Under the pieces are notes generated by a model, which saw nothing but the letters and a program-made list of their open reading frames with translations, searched no databases and had not been told where the DNA came from. Shown here piece after piece: positions 8,216 to 18,196 of a stretch of 24,850 nucleotides of DNA; within the stretch, counting starts at the first letter, position 1; each line of letters opens with the position of its first letter. Source of the DNA: Gemmatimonadales bacterium (GTDB lineage Bacteria; Gemmatimonadota; Gemmatimonadetes; Gemmatimonadales; GWC2-71-9); assembly GCA_030597435.1 (NCBI GenBank), contig JAUVRV010000001.1, positions 1 to 24,850 of the forward strand, in the 5' to 3' direction. The position numbers were made by a program, and so were the translations under genes.

Positions 8216-9112
8216 TACGAACAGGTGAGCGCGCGCGGCGTGACAGATTGCTACCACCGCCGGATGTTGGACCTTCCGTTCCACCGAAATCGCGTACCAG
8301 CGTTCCACGATCTCAGCCGGCTCACCGAGCTTGCGAACCTTGTATTGCTGTCGAGCGTCTTCGGCCACTATTGAAGGGACTGCGAAGACGCCCGCACCAG
8401 CTTGGCCAAACACCTTGAGGAGCGCACTGTCCTCAAACTCCCCCACCACGACGGGCCGAATACCCACGCTGTCGAACCAGTACTCCAGTGAATGACGCAA
8501 TGTGGTCCCCTCCGCCGGCAACAGAAAGGGAGCGCCGTCGAGCGAGCGCGGAAAACCCTTACGAAAGGCCGTAACGAGAGGGGGGGCGGCCATGAATGTC
8601 ACACCGCACTCGCCGAGCAGGTGATTGAATGCGCGAACACTGAGGTTCGGAGGGACCGGTGCGTCTGACAAGACGACGTCGAGTTCATGGACCGCAAGCC
8701 TCGCCAACAGGTTCTCGCTCGTGTTCTCGACACACAAGATGCGCAAGTCTTCGCCCCCCCGGAGCGCAGGTTCGATCAGCCGGTAGGCCACGAGCTTCGG
8801 CAACACGTCGGCCACGCCAACGAGTAGTGTGAGCGAACGACCTGCCGGTCGTCCTTGCAACGTGTCGGTCAACTCTCGCCCCAGCATGAAGATCTCGTGT
8901 GCGTAGCGGTACACCAGGTGACCCACCTCAGTGAGGACCAACTGCCTTCCCGTCCGGTCGAACAACTCCTCGCCGAGTGCCTCTTCGAGTGTGCGAAGTT
9001 GGGTGCTGCCGGTTTGGGGCGTCAGATGGAGCTTCCTGCTCCCCTCCGTGAGGCTGCCTTCTTGGGCCACAGTCCAGAAGTAGAGCAGGTGGTGATAGTT
9101 GAGCCAATCCAT
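8213..9112 (-). CDS. nhaR: LysR-family transcriptional regulator, NhaR-like
   Basis: The N-terminus MDWLNYHHLLYFWTVAQEGS and motifs VGVADVLPK, LAVHELDVVLSD, EFEDSALLKVFGQ.G.G and YAISVERKVQHPAV are characteristic of NhaR. The start is placed at ATG 9112 rather than the TTG at 9154. No nhaA is in the window, so the function is not proven. Confidence 0.88.
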   Translation of the reverse strand: MDWLNYHHLLYFWTVAQEGSLTEGSRKLHLTPQTGSTQLRTLEEALGEELFDRTGRQLVLTEVGHLVYRYAHEIFMLGRELTDTLQGRPAGRSLTLLVGVADVLPKLVAYRLIEPALRGGEDLRILCVENTSENLLARLAVHELDVVLSDAPVPPNLSVRAFNHLLGECGVTFMAAPPLVTAFRKGFPRSLDGAPFLLPAEGTTLRHSLEYWFDSVGIRPVVVGEFEDSALLKVFGQAGAGVFAVPSIVAEDARQQYKVRKLGEPAEIVERWYAISVERKVQHPAVVAICHAARAHLFV

Positions 9113-9134
9113 TGTGACACCGCCGTTCCAAAGA

Positions 9135-9200
9135 TTCGAATATCCCGAAGCCAATATCGTATAAATTCGATTTGTCCGAAAGTGGATCGAGGATTAGAGT
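9135..9200 (+). promoter_or_regulatory. Two LysR-type dyad boxes plus a sigma70 promoter for the HPF gene
   Basis: TTCG-N7-CGAA at 9135-9149 and at 9166-9180, 31 bp apart. TTGTCC (9172-9177)-N17-TAGAGT (9195-9200). The second box overlaps the -35. Confidence 0.75.
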
Positions 9201-9240
9201 ACAGGACACAGGGTACTCACTGGTGTGTATAGAGGGTCCT

Positions 9241-9585
9241 ATGCGGATTGAAGTTTCGGCTAGGGGAGTCAGGGTAACGCGCCGGCTACGGGAATATGTC
9301 GCTCATCGCTTGCACTTTAAGCTTGGTAGGTTCTCGGACCGGATCAACCTTGTGAAAGTCAGAATAGTAGACGTAAACGGCCCGCGTGGTGGGATCGACC
9401 TACAGTGCCGGATCCAGGTGCGGGGTACTGACGTCGATGGTTTGGTGGCGTCGGCCCTGGCGGCGAACCCTACATCAGCGATCGACGAGGCTGCGGACCG
9501 TATCCACCGCGTGGTTGGTCGCGAATTTGCCCGGGCGTTGGAACTGCGTCGCGGACGGAGACCCCGTTACTCGGGGCTACCCTGA
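9241..9585 (+). CDS. Short HPF/RaiA (S30AE/sigma54-modulation) family ribosome-associated protein
   Basis: MRIEVSARG....LREYV..RL.F.LGRFSDRI..V.V.I.DVNGPRGG.D..CRI.V pattern and a C-terminal AIDEAADRI helix. The ATG at 9241 follows AGAGGG. Confidence 0.8.
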   Translation: MRIEVSARGVRVTRRLREYVAHRLHFKLGRFSDRINLVKVRIVDVNGPRGGIDLQCRIQVRGTDVDGLVASALAANPTSAIDEAADRIHRVVGREFARALELRRGRRPRYSGLP

Positions 9586-9715
9586 AACCGCGGCCACGGT
9601 GGCCGGAACGGTAGTGGACCCCGTTCTTCTACTCCGTTGAGGAACGCGTGCCCTATCAGGTCGACATGAGTGAGCTGAAGTGATGATTGGCTGACTTTGC
9701 AGGAGGGGTGAAGCA

Positions 9716-10081
9716 ATGAACGTCACCAGAAGATCCATGACTGCGCCGGATGGTGACCTGACCACGGCAAGAATCGACAAGATTCGTGAAGAGCTGCATG
9801 GCGAATTGGCTCGGCTGAAGCGCAGTTTGGCGGAGGTTTGGCCGCGCGAGGTCCTTGCGGCACGCGAGGGCCGATACGCGTGCGTGAACCACACACACAC
9901 CGAGTTACTTGCCTCTGACCTTTACGACAGGCTGCAAGAGCGCCGCGCAGAGATCCTCGGCGCACTGGATCGCATCCAACAGGGATCCTACGGCCGCTGT
10001 GCGATATGTGGAGAACCCATACCCTACGAGCGACTGGAGGTAATGCCCGAAACGTACACCTGCATAAGATGCTGTGGTTGA
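9716..10081 (+). CDS. TraR/DksA C4-type zinc-finger protein
   Basis: A coiled-coil N-terminus is followed by ALDRIQQGSYGRCAICGEPIPYERLEVMPETYTCIRC. GGAGG lies upstream of the ATG. Confidence 0.85.
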   Translation: MNVTRRSMTAPDGDLTTARIDKIREELHGELARLKRSLAEVWPREVLAAREGRYACVNHTHTELLASDLYDRLQERRAEILGALDRIQQGSYGRCAICGEPIPYERLEVMPETYTCIRCCG

Positions 10082-10619
10082 GAACTTCGGCGACCAGGAG
10101 TGTTCGGTAGCTCACGGATAGTGTTCGTGTTGCTGTTCCTGCAGGACGGGATACCTGCCGGAGTACCAAGCCTGATCAACGCAGCCTCACGGCGGACAGC
10201 GATCCGCCGCTTGGCCGGCCAGTAGGGCATTGCCGATCCTAGACCTTAATAGCATATTCTCATGTGATTAGCATGAATTGCTCGTCGATGCCCACGTGTG
10301 GGGGGATCCGACGATGCACCGCCCCCAGGTAGGCTCCTTCGGTTTCTACTGGGATGCCGAGCGGTGAGTTCTGTTCCGGGGAGCGCCCGCCCCCCCGGGA
10401 CGTGAAGGCAAGACCTCTGCAAGAATCGCCAGATATCTGGCGCGACGGTGCCGTTGCGATCGGTCAAGTGGCACTCGATATACCTCACAAGAGCCCGACG
10501 TGCGCCATTCTTCGGGCAGGCATCAACCGCGTGAGTTCGCGAGAACTTCCGTTGCCGGGCGTGTCGAAGGGGCTATGGCAGTACCCACTCTTTGGAGTGA
10601 TCCATAACGGAGTGATTCC

Positions 10620-11477
10620 ATGAGACAGTCGTGTAGCGACGTGATTCTTGTCACTGCCGTGTTCGTTCTCGGTAGTGTGTCAGGGCTCGCCGCCCAGGAT
10701 CAGACAGAGCGGGTGGCCGGCTCGGGTCAAGAGCTGTTCCAGACCAGGTGTGCAGTATGCCACACGATCGGCGGTGGTCGCCTCGTGGGGCCCGACCTTG
10801 AGGGGGTCGACGAGCGCCGCAGCGAGGAATGGATCATCGCGTTCGTGCAGCACTCCCAGCAAATGGTCGCGGCGGGCGATCCCGACGCAGTGGCGATCTT
10901 CGAGCAGTACAGCCAAATCATGATGCCCGACCAGGCGCTCTACGACGAGGAGATTCGGGGGATCATCGAGTACATACGGACGGCTGAGCCCACTGCTCCG
11001 GTGCAGCCGGTCGCTTTGGGAGAACCCACAGAGGAACAGATCCTCCTGGGGCAGCAACTCTTCCAGGGGCGCGCACGGTTCGCCAATGGCGGGCCAACCT
11101 GCAACTCATGCCACGAGGTCACGCACGAAGCAGTCCTCGGCGGTGGGTTGCTAGCTCGGGATCTCACCGCCGTGCACTCACGCTTGGGTGCACCGGGAGT
11201 CAAGGCCATCCTGGGAAGTCCACCATTCCCCTTAATGCAGCGGGCTTACCAGGACAAACCGTTGACCGACGAGGAAGTCATAGCTCTGGCCGGTTTTCTA
11301 CAACAGGCCGACGCGGAGCAGGCACTCCACCAACCACGGGACTACGGCCGCAACTTGCTGTTTGCCGGAGTCGTAGGAACGGTGATCCTCCTGGGCCTCT
11401 ACGCGTCGTTCTGGAGCGGGCGTCTGAAAGGCTCAGTGAACCAGTCGATCTACGACCGGCAGGTCAAGTCCACCTGA
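10620..11477 (+). CDS. Membrane-anchored dihaem cytochrome c (NarC-like)
   Basis: Sec-type signal peptide (..SGLAA|QD), CAVCH (residue 44) and CNSCH (residue 161) haem motifs with downstream Met candidates (MMP, PLM), and a C-terminal TM helix. It is the first gene of the nar operon. Confidence 0.85.
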   Translation: MRQSCSDVILVTAVFVLGSVSGLAAQDQTERVAGSGQELFQTRCAVCHTIGGGRLVGPDLEGVDERRSEEWIIAFVQHSQQMVAAGDPDAVAIFEQYSQIMMPDQALYDEEIRGIIEYIRTAEPTAPVQPVALGEPTEEQILLGQQLFQGRARFANGGPTCNSCHEVTHEAVLGGGLLARDLTAVHSRLGAPGVKAILGSPPFPLMQRAYQDKPLTDEEVIALAGFLQQADAEQALHQPRDYGRNLLFAGVVGTVILLGLYASFWSGRLKGSVNQSIYDRQVKST

Positions 11478-11498
11478 AATCACGACCACAAGGAGCGG

Positions 11499-14400
11499 GT
11501 GACGAAAATGGGTTGGATCAAAGACATCATCTCGCCGCAGACCAGGAAGTGGGAGGAGTTCTACCGCAACCGCTTCCAGCATGATCGCGTCGTACGAAGC
11601 ACGCATGGCGCGAACTGCACGGGAGGTTGTTCCTGGCAGATCCATGTCAAGGACGGGATCGTGACTTGGGAGACTCAGCAGCTCGACTACCCGTTGCTGG
11701 AAGACTCTCTGCCTCCCTATGAGCCACGCGGTTGCCAGCGGGGGATCTCCTACTCGTGGTACCTGTACAGCCCTTTGCGAATCAAGTACCCGCTGATCCG
11801 CAGCGCCCTACTCGACGCCTACCGAGCGAAGAAGCAGGAAACGGGCGACTCCATGCAGGCATGGAAGGCTCTGCAAGCCGACGAGGGCGCGCGCAGGAAA
11901 TACCAACAAGCGCGCGGCAAGGGCGGATTCCGACGGGCGAGCTGGGACGAGGTCCTGGAAATCATGTCCGTTGCCAACATCCACACCGCCCAAGAGTATG
12001 GCCCCGACAGGGTCATAGGGTTCAGTCCCATTCCGGCGATGTCGATGATGAGCTACGCAGCGGGAGGACGTTTCCTCCAGCTGTTTGGAGGAGTCAACCT
12101 CAGCTTCTACGACTGGTACTGCGATCTTCCCACCGCATTTCCCGAAATCTGGGGCGAGCAGACCGATGTGTGCGAGAGCGCTGACTGGTACAACGCCAAG
12201 ATGATCGCGGACATGGGTGCGTGTCTCAACATGACGCGCACGCCTGACTGCCACTTCTTTGCCGAGTCACGTCACAACGGGACGAAGGCAGTCGTCTTCT
12301 CTCCGGATTTCAGCCAGGTCTGCAAGTACGCCGACCAATGGGTACCACTCCACGCGGGAAGCGACGGTGCGTTCTGGATGGCGACGACGCACGTGATTCT
12401 CAAGGAGTTCCACCACGAGAAGCAGACACCCTACTTCATCGACTACGTCAAGCAATACACAGACAGCCCGTACCTCGTGAAGCTTGAGCGGGACGGCGAG
12501 CATTACAAGCCGGGACGGTTGTTGCGGGCGTCGGAGATCCCCGAGTACAAGGACGTGTCGAACGGGGAGTGGAAATTCGTCAACATCGATACCACAACCG
12601 GCAAGTTCGTGGTTCCCAAGGGGAGTTCCGGATCCCGCTGGGACGAGCAGCAAGGCAACTGGAACATGAAGCCCGAGAACGCTGTGGACGACCAGTCCTA
12701 CGATCCGGTGCTCACGCTACTCGGAAGATCCGACGATGTCGTGCAGACGAGCTTCATCGAGTTCGGACTCGACAACACGGTGCACCGCGGTGTACCGGTG
12801 ATGCACGTCGAGACGACCGAGGGTCAAGTGACGGTGACAACGGTATACGATCTCATCATGGCCCAATACGGCGTCGACCGTGGTTTGCCCGGTGACTACC
12901 CGACAGACTATAACGACAAGAACGCGGCCTACACACCGACGTGGCAGGAGCTGTTCACCGGCGTGTCGGCAGACACCGTGCTCCAGTTTGCTCGTGAGTG
13001 GGCGAGTACGGCCGAGGCCACCGGCGGAAAGTGCATGATCATCATCGGGGCGGGGATCAACCATTGGTATCACTCCAACTTGATGTACCGGGCCGGAGCG
13101 ATGGCCCTGATGCTCACCGGTTGTGTGGGCAAGAACGGTGGCGGCCTCAACCACTATGTGGGGCAGGAGAAGTTGGCACCGATGGACTCCTGGGGGACAA
13201 TTGCTTTTGGCAAGGACTGGCAATCCGCGATCCGGCTCCAGCAGGCGCCGCTGTGGCACTACATCAACACGTGCCAGTATCGCTACGACGGTCAGTTCTC
13301 GAGATACAACACGGTTCCCGATAACGAGCTGACGCGGCAACACACCGCCGACCAGATCTACAAAGCCGTTCGCATGGGCTGGATGCCCTTCTACCCACAG
13401 TTCGACCAGAACACGCTCGACCTCAGCAGAGAGGCCGTCGACAATGGAGCCACTGATGACGAGGGCATCCGGCAGTACGTCCTGAACAAGCTCAAGAACA
13501 AGGAGTTGCAGTACTCGGTGAGCGACCCGGAGGCCGAACACAACTTCCCTCGCGTGTGGTACATCTGGCGTGGCAACGCAATCATGGGAAGCATGAAGGG
13601 ACACGAGTACTGCCTGAAGCACTACTTGGGCACGCACTCGAACGCGATAGCCGAGGACTCTGAGGACCATACCCGCGAAGTGAAGTGGCACGATGTCGCA
13701 CCAGTTGGGAAGATGGACCTCATCGTCGACCTGAATTTCCGAATGGACTCGTCGGCTCTGTACTCCGACATCGTGCTGCCTGCGGCCTCGTGGTACGAGA
13801 AAGCCGACTTGAACAGCACGGACCTCCACTCGTTCATCCACCCACTCTCGGCGGCCATCGCACCGGTGTGGGAGTCGAAGACCGACTGGGACATTTTCCG
13901 CGAACTTGCCAAGGCGACTAGCGAGGCGGCGGCCAAGTACTTCCCCGAGCCACAGAAAGACGTCGTTGCCTCTCCCATCGCGCACGACACTGCCGGAGAG
14001 ATCGCTCAACCGGTCATCAAGGACTGGTACCACGGAGAGTGTGAGGCCGTGCCCGGCAAGACCACGCACAACCTGGCGGTGGTGGACCGCGACTACACGA
14101 AGATCTATGACAAGTTCATCAGCCTGGGCGATCGCATCCGGACTGCCGGTCTGGGAGCCCACGGAAACCATTACCAGTGCGAAGACGCGTACGACGAGAT
14201 GGTCGCGTCCAACCACTTCCCGGTGGAGCGCCACAATGGCAAAGTCTTGCCGTCATTGAAGGAAGGTGAGTGGGCGGCCAACGCGGTGCTGCACCTCTCG
14301 ACGTTGACCAACGGCAAGCTCAACGTGCGCGCCTACCGCAATGCCGAGCAGCGAACGGGTGTGGATCTAGTCGACCTGGGTGCTGGCAGCGAAGATGTAC

Positions 14401-15122
14401 TGATTCACTACGCGGACCTGCAGGCACAGCCACGGCGCTACAACACGTCGCCGCTGTGGTCGGGCGTCATGAACGGTGGGAGGGCCTATGCTGCCTATAC
14501 CTACAACGTGGAGAAGCTGATTCCCTGGCGCACGCTGACGGGTCGCCAGCACTTCTACCTCGACCATGAAATGTATCTCGCCTACGGTGAGAACCTCCCC
14601 ACCTACAAGCCGTCTCCCAAACCAGAAGCCTACGGCGATCTCAAGCAGACTCTGAAAGATGGCGATGCTCGGATCTTGAACTGCCTCACCCCGCACGGGA
14701 AGTGGCACATCCACTCCACTTATATGGAGAACCACCGGATGCTGACCCTCTCCAGGGGCTGCGAGCCTGGCTGGATGAGCGAGGTGGACGCGGCAGAGTT
14801 GGGCATCCAGGACAATGATTGGGTCGAGGTCTATAACGACCACGGAGTTTACTGTGCACGCGCCAGCGTCAGCGCCCGAATCCCCAAGGGTGTGTGCATC
14901 GTGTACCACGTACCGGAGCGCACGGTTGGAATCCCCAAGTCACAGGTGCGCGGCGGCAAGCGGGCCGGGGGTCACAACAGTTTCACGCGCATCCACCTCA
15001 AGCCGAACTTCCTCGCCGGGGGTTACGGGCAGTTCAGTTACCACTTCAACTACTGGGGACCGATTGCACCAAACCGGGATACCCATGTCGTTGTCAAGCG
15101 AATGGACAAGGTAGTGTTTTGA
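11499..15122 (+). CDS. narG: Respiratory nitrate reductase alpha subunit (start 11499 GTG or 11508 ATG)
   Basis: FS0 motif [14 protein letters not shown]...EPRGC, the Mo-ligand Asp in [44 protein letters not shown] and [12 protein letters not shown]. No twin-arginine signal. Confidence 0.97.
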   Translation: MTKMGWIKDIISPQTRKWEEFYRNRFQHDRVVRSTHGANCTGGCSWQIHVKDGIVTWETQQLDYPLLEDSLPPYEPRGCQRGISYSWYLYSPLRIKYPLIRSALLDAYRAKKQETGDSMQAWKALQADEGARRKYQQARGKGGFRRASWDEVLEIMSVANIHTAQEYGPDRVIGFSPIPAMSMMSYAAGGRFLQLFGGVNLSFYDWYCDLPTAFPEIWGEQTDVCESADWYNAKMIADMGACLNMTRTPDCHFFAESRHNGTKAVVFSPDFSQVCKYADQWVPLHAGSDGAFWMATTHVILKEFHHEKQTPYFIDYVKQYTDSPYLVKLERDGEHYKPGRLLRASEIPEYKDVSNGEWKFVNIDTTTGKFVVPKGSSGSRWDEQQGNWNMKPENAVDDQSYDPVLTLLGRSDDVVQTSFIEFGLDNTVHRGVPVMHVETTEGQVTVTTVYDLIMAQYGVDRGLPGDYPTDYNDKNAAYTPTWQELFTGVSADTVLQFAREWASTAEATGGKCMIIIGAGINHWYHSNLMYRAGAMALMLTGCVGKNGGGLNHYVGQEKLAPMDSWGTIAFGKDWQSAIRLQQAPLWHYINTCQYRYDGQFSRYNTVPDNELTRQHTADQIYKAVRMGWMPFYPQFDQNTLDLSREAVDNGATDDEGIRQYVLNKLKNKELQYSVSDPEAEHNFPRVWYIWRGNAIMGSMKGHEYCLKHYLGTHSNAIAEDSEDHTREVKWHDVAPVGKMDLIVDLNFRMDSSALYSDIVLPAASWYEKADLNSTDLHSFIHPLSAAIAPVWESKTDWDIFRELAKATSEAAAKYFPEPQKDVVASPIAHDTAGEIAQPVIKDWYHGECEAVPGKTTHNLAVVDRDYTKIYDKFISLGDRIRTAGLGAHGNHYQCEDAYDEMVASNHFPVERHNGKVLPSLKEGEWAANAVLHLSTLTNGKLNVRAYRNAEQRTGVDLVDLGAGSEDVLIHYADLQAQPRRYNTSPLWSGVMNGGRAYAAYTYNVEKLIPWRTLTGRQHFYLDHEMYLAYGENLPTYKPSPKPEAYGDLKQTLKDGDARILNCLTPHGKWHIHSTYMENHRMLTLSRGCEPGWMSEVDAAELGIQDNDWVEVYNDHGVYCARASVSARIPKGVCIVYHVPERTVGIPKSQVRGGKRAGGHNSFTRIHLKPNFLAGGYGQFSYHFNYWGPIAPNRDTHVVVKRMDKVVF

Positions 15123-15158
15123 TGACTTACGGATCGCGTCAAGAACGGGAGAACTGAG

Positions 15159-16712
<1,554 letters not shown>

Positions 16713-16714
16713 AC

Positions 16715-17428
16715 ATGGACTTGCATCACTATCAAGAGCTTGCCCCTCTCTTCGAGTACCCGGAGCAAGACTACCCGGCACGGGTCAAAGCGGTCTGTGA
16801 GCTTCTGGAGAGCCGCTATCCGCTGGCGGCAGTGGAATTGAACGCGTTCGCAAAAGCGCTGCCGTCTCGGAACTTGGTCTTCTCAGCGCCGGCGCTGGAC
16901 GAAATGCAGGAGATCTTCACGCGGTCGTTCGATGTCCAATCAATCACGACCCTCAGCGTGGGCTACGTCGTGTTTGGGGATGACTACAAGCGGGGTGAGC
17001 TGCTGGTCAACCTGAACCGCGAGCACCGCGAGGCAGGGGTCGATTGTGGCAGTGAACTGTCAGACCATCTGCCCAACGTTCTGCGCCTGATTGCCCGGTG
17101 GCGTGACGAAGAGATGGTGGTCGAATTCGTCGAGGAGATCCTGCATCCGGCCCTCGACAGGATAATTGGTGAGTTCGATACAGCACGCATGGAACAGCGC
17201 AACAGGCTGTACCAGAAACACTTCAAGACCTTGATCGCCTCTTCCGCCGAGCGCGGCACGATCTTTCGCATGCCGTTGGCGGCTCTCTTGGCGGTGCTCA
17301 CTGAGGATTTCGGTCTCTCTGAACGAAAACGCCAGGAGCAAGAGAGCGATTTCCTACGTTCCATCGGCCGCGAACTGGACATCGAAACCAGTGAGGGGCG
17401 TCCGGCTCAGTCGAGGAGTCTGCCATGA
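16715..17428 (+). CDS. narJ: Nitrate reductase molybdenum cofactor assembly chaperone (delta)
   Basis: LFEYP, FTRSFD and ELSDHLPNVLRL (the E-x-x-D-H-L motif of the NarJ/TorD family). It sits between narH and narI. ATG 16715 is preferred over TTG 16709. Confidence 0.9.
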   Translation: MDLHHYQELAPLFEYPEQDYPARVKAVCELLESRYPLAAVELNAFAKALPSRNLVFSAPALDEMQEIFTRSFDVQSITTLSVGYVVFGDDYKRGELLVNLNREHREAGVDCGSELSDHLPNVLRLIARWRDEEMVVEFVEEILHPALDRIIGEFDTARMEQRNRLYQKHFKTLIASSAERGTIFRMPLAALLAVLTEDFGLSERKRQEQESDFLRSIGRELDIETSEGRPAQSRSLP

Positions 17429-18153
17429 ACGCGCTCAACACCTTCCTCTTTGTCGCCTTTCCCTATGTGGCGGTCATTGTCTTCGTGGTCGGTGTCATCT
17501 ACCGGTACAGGCAGAAAGGCTTCACGGTCTCGTCGCTCTCGTCGCAGTTCCTCGAGGGAAGACAGCTCTTCTGGGGTACCGTCCCGTTTCATATCGGGTT
17601 GCTGGTGGTGTTCTGCGGGCACTTCATCGCGTTTGTGCTGCCACAGGCCAATCTCACCTGGAACACGATACCCATTCGCTTGCTGATTCTCGAGGTGACC
17701 GCACTAGTGTTCGGCCTCACCGTGCTCGTCGGCCTCGTATCCCTCATGTACCGACGGCTAACCAACGCACGCATCCGCGCGGTAACTACCAAGATGGACA
17801 TAGCCGTCGAACTGCTTCTGCTCGCCCAGGTAGTGCTGGGATGCTGGATCGCCCTGGGCTTCCGTTGGGGAGCATCATGGTTCCCGGCCAGTCTCTCACC
17901 GTACCTGTGGTCGCTGGTCAAGCTGACCCCGGAGACCGGTGCGGTCTTCGCCCTTCCGTGGGTCATCAAGCTCCACATTGTCGGCGCATTTTCGATCGTC
18001 TTCATGGTTCCGTTCACGCGCCTGGTGCACTTCGTCGTAGCACCGCTCAACTACCTGGTACGGCCGTATCAGCAGGTCATGTGGAACTGGGACCGTACGG
18101 CTATCCGGGACCCGAGCGCTCCGTGGAGCAAGGCACGGCCGAAAAACAACTGA
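17425..18153 (+). CDS. narI: Respiratory nitrate reductase gamma subunit (dihaem cytochrome b)
   Basis: Five TM segments and SSQFLE. The haem-b His pairs FHIG....GH and LHI...PFTRLVH are spaced as in NarI. ATGA overlap with narJ. Confidence 0.96.
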   Translation: MNALNTFLFVAFPYVAVIVFVVGVIYRYRQKGFTVSSLSSQFLEGRQLFWGTVPFHIGLLVVFCGHFIAFVLPQANLTWNTIPIRLLILEVTALVFGLTVLVGLVSLMYRRLTNARIRAVTTKMDIAVELLLLAQVVLGCWIALGFRWGASWFPASLSPYLWSLVKLTPETGAVFALPWVIKLHIVGAFSIVFMVPFTRLVHFVVAPLNYLVRPYQQVMWNWDRTAIRDPSAPWSKARPKNN

Positions 18154-18196
18154 GCTTTGAGCCGGCCAAGCGGAACAGCGGCCAAGGAGAATACCG

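Noticed and set aside
9591-9605. CGGCCAC-G-GTGGCCG palindrome after hpf as a terminator
   Set aside because: It has a one-base loop and no U-tract.
10264-10277. FNR box GTGAT-N4-ATGAA as a firm feature
   Set aside because: It matches only 8/10, lies about 340 bp from narC, and has no -10 at the class II distance. Kept only as part of a low-confidence finding.
10246-10623. 80-aa (minus) and 89-aa (plus) ORFs upstream of narC
   Set aside because: No motifs, they overlap each other, and neither has a convincing Shine-Dalgarno.
12717-14234. 505-aa minus-strand ORF (and other long antisense ORFs such as 2286-3086, 6962-7816 and 15495-16187)
   Set aside because: These are shadows of well-supported plus-strand genes in GC-rich DNA and carry no recognisable motifs.
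11499-15122. Nitrite oxidoreductase or perchlorate/chlorate reductase interpretation
   Set aside because: There is no Tat signal, and narJ, a five-TM narI and two NarK genes indicate a cytoplasm-facing Nar. A phylogeny would be the final test.
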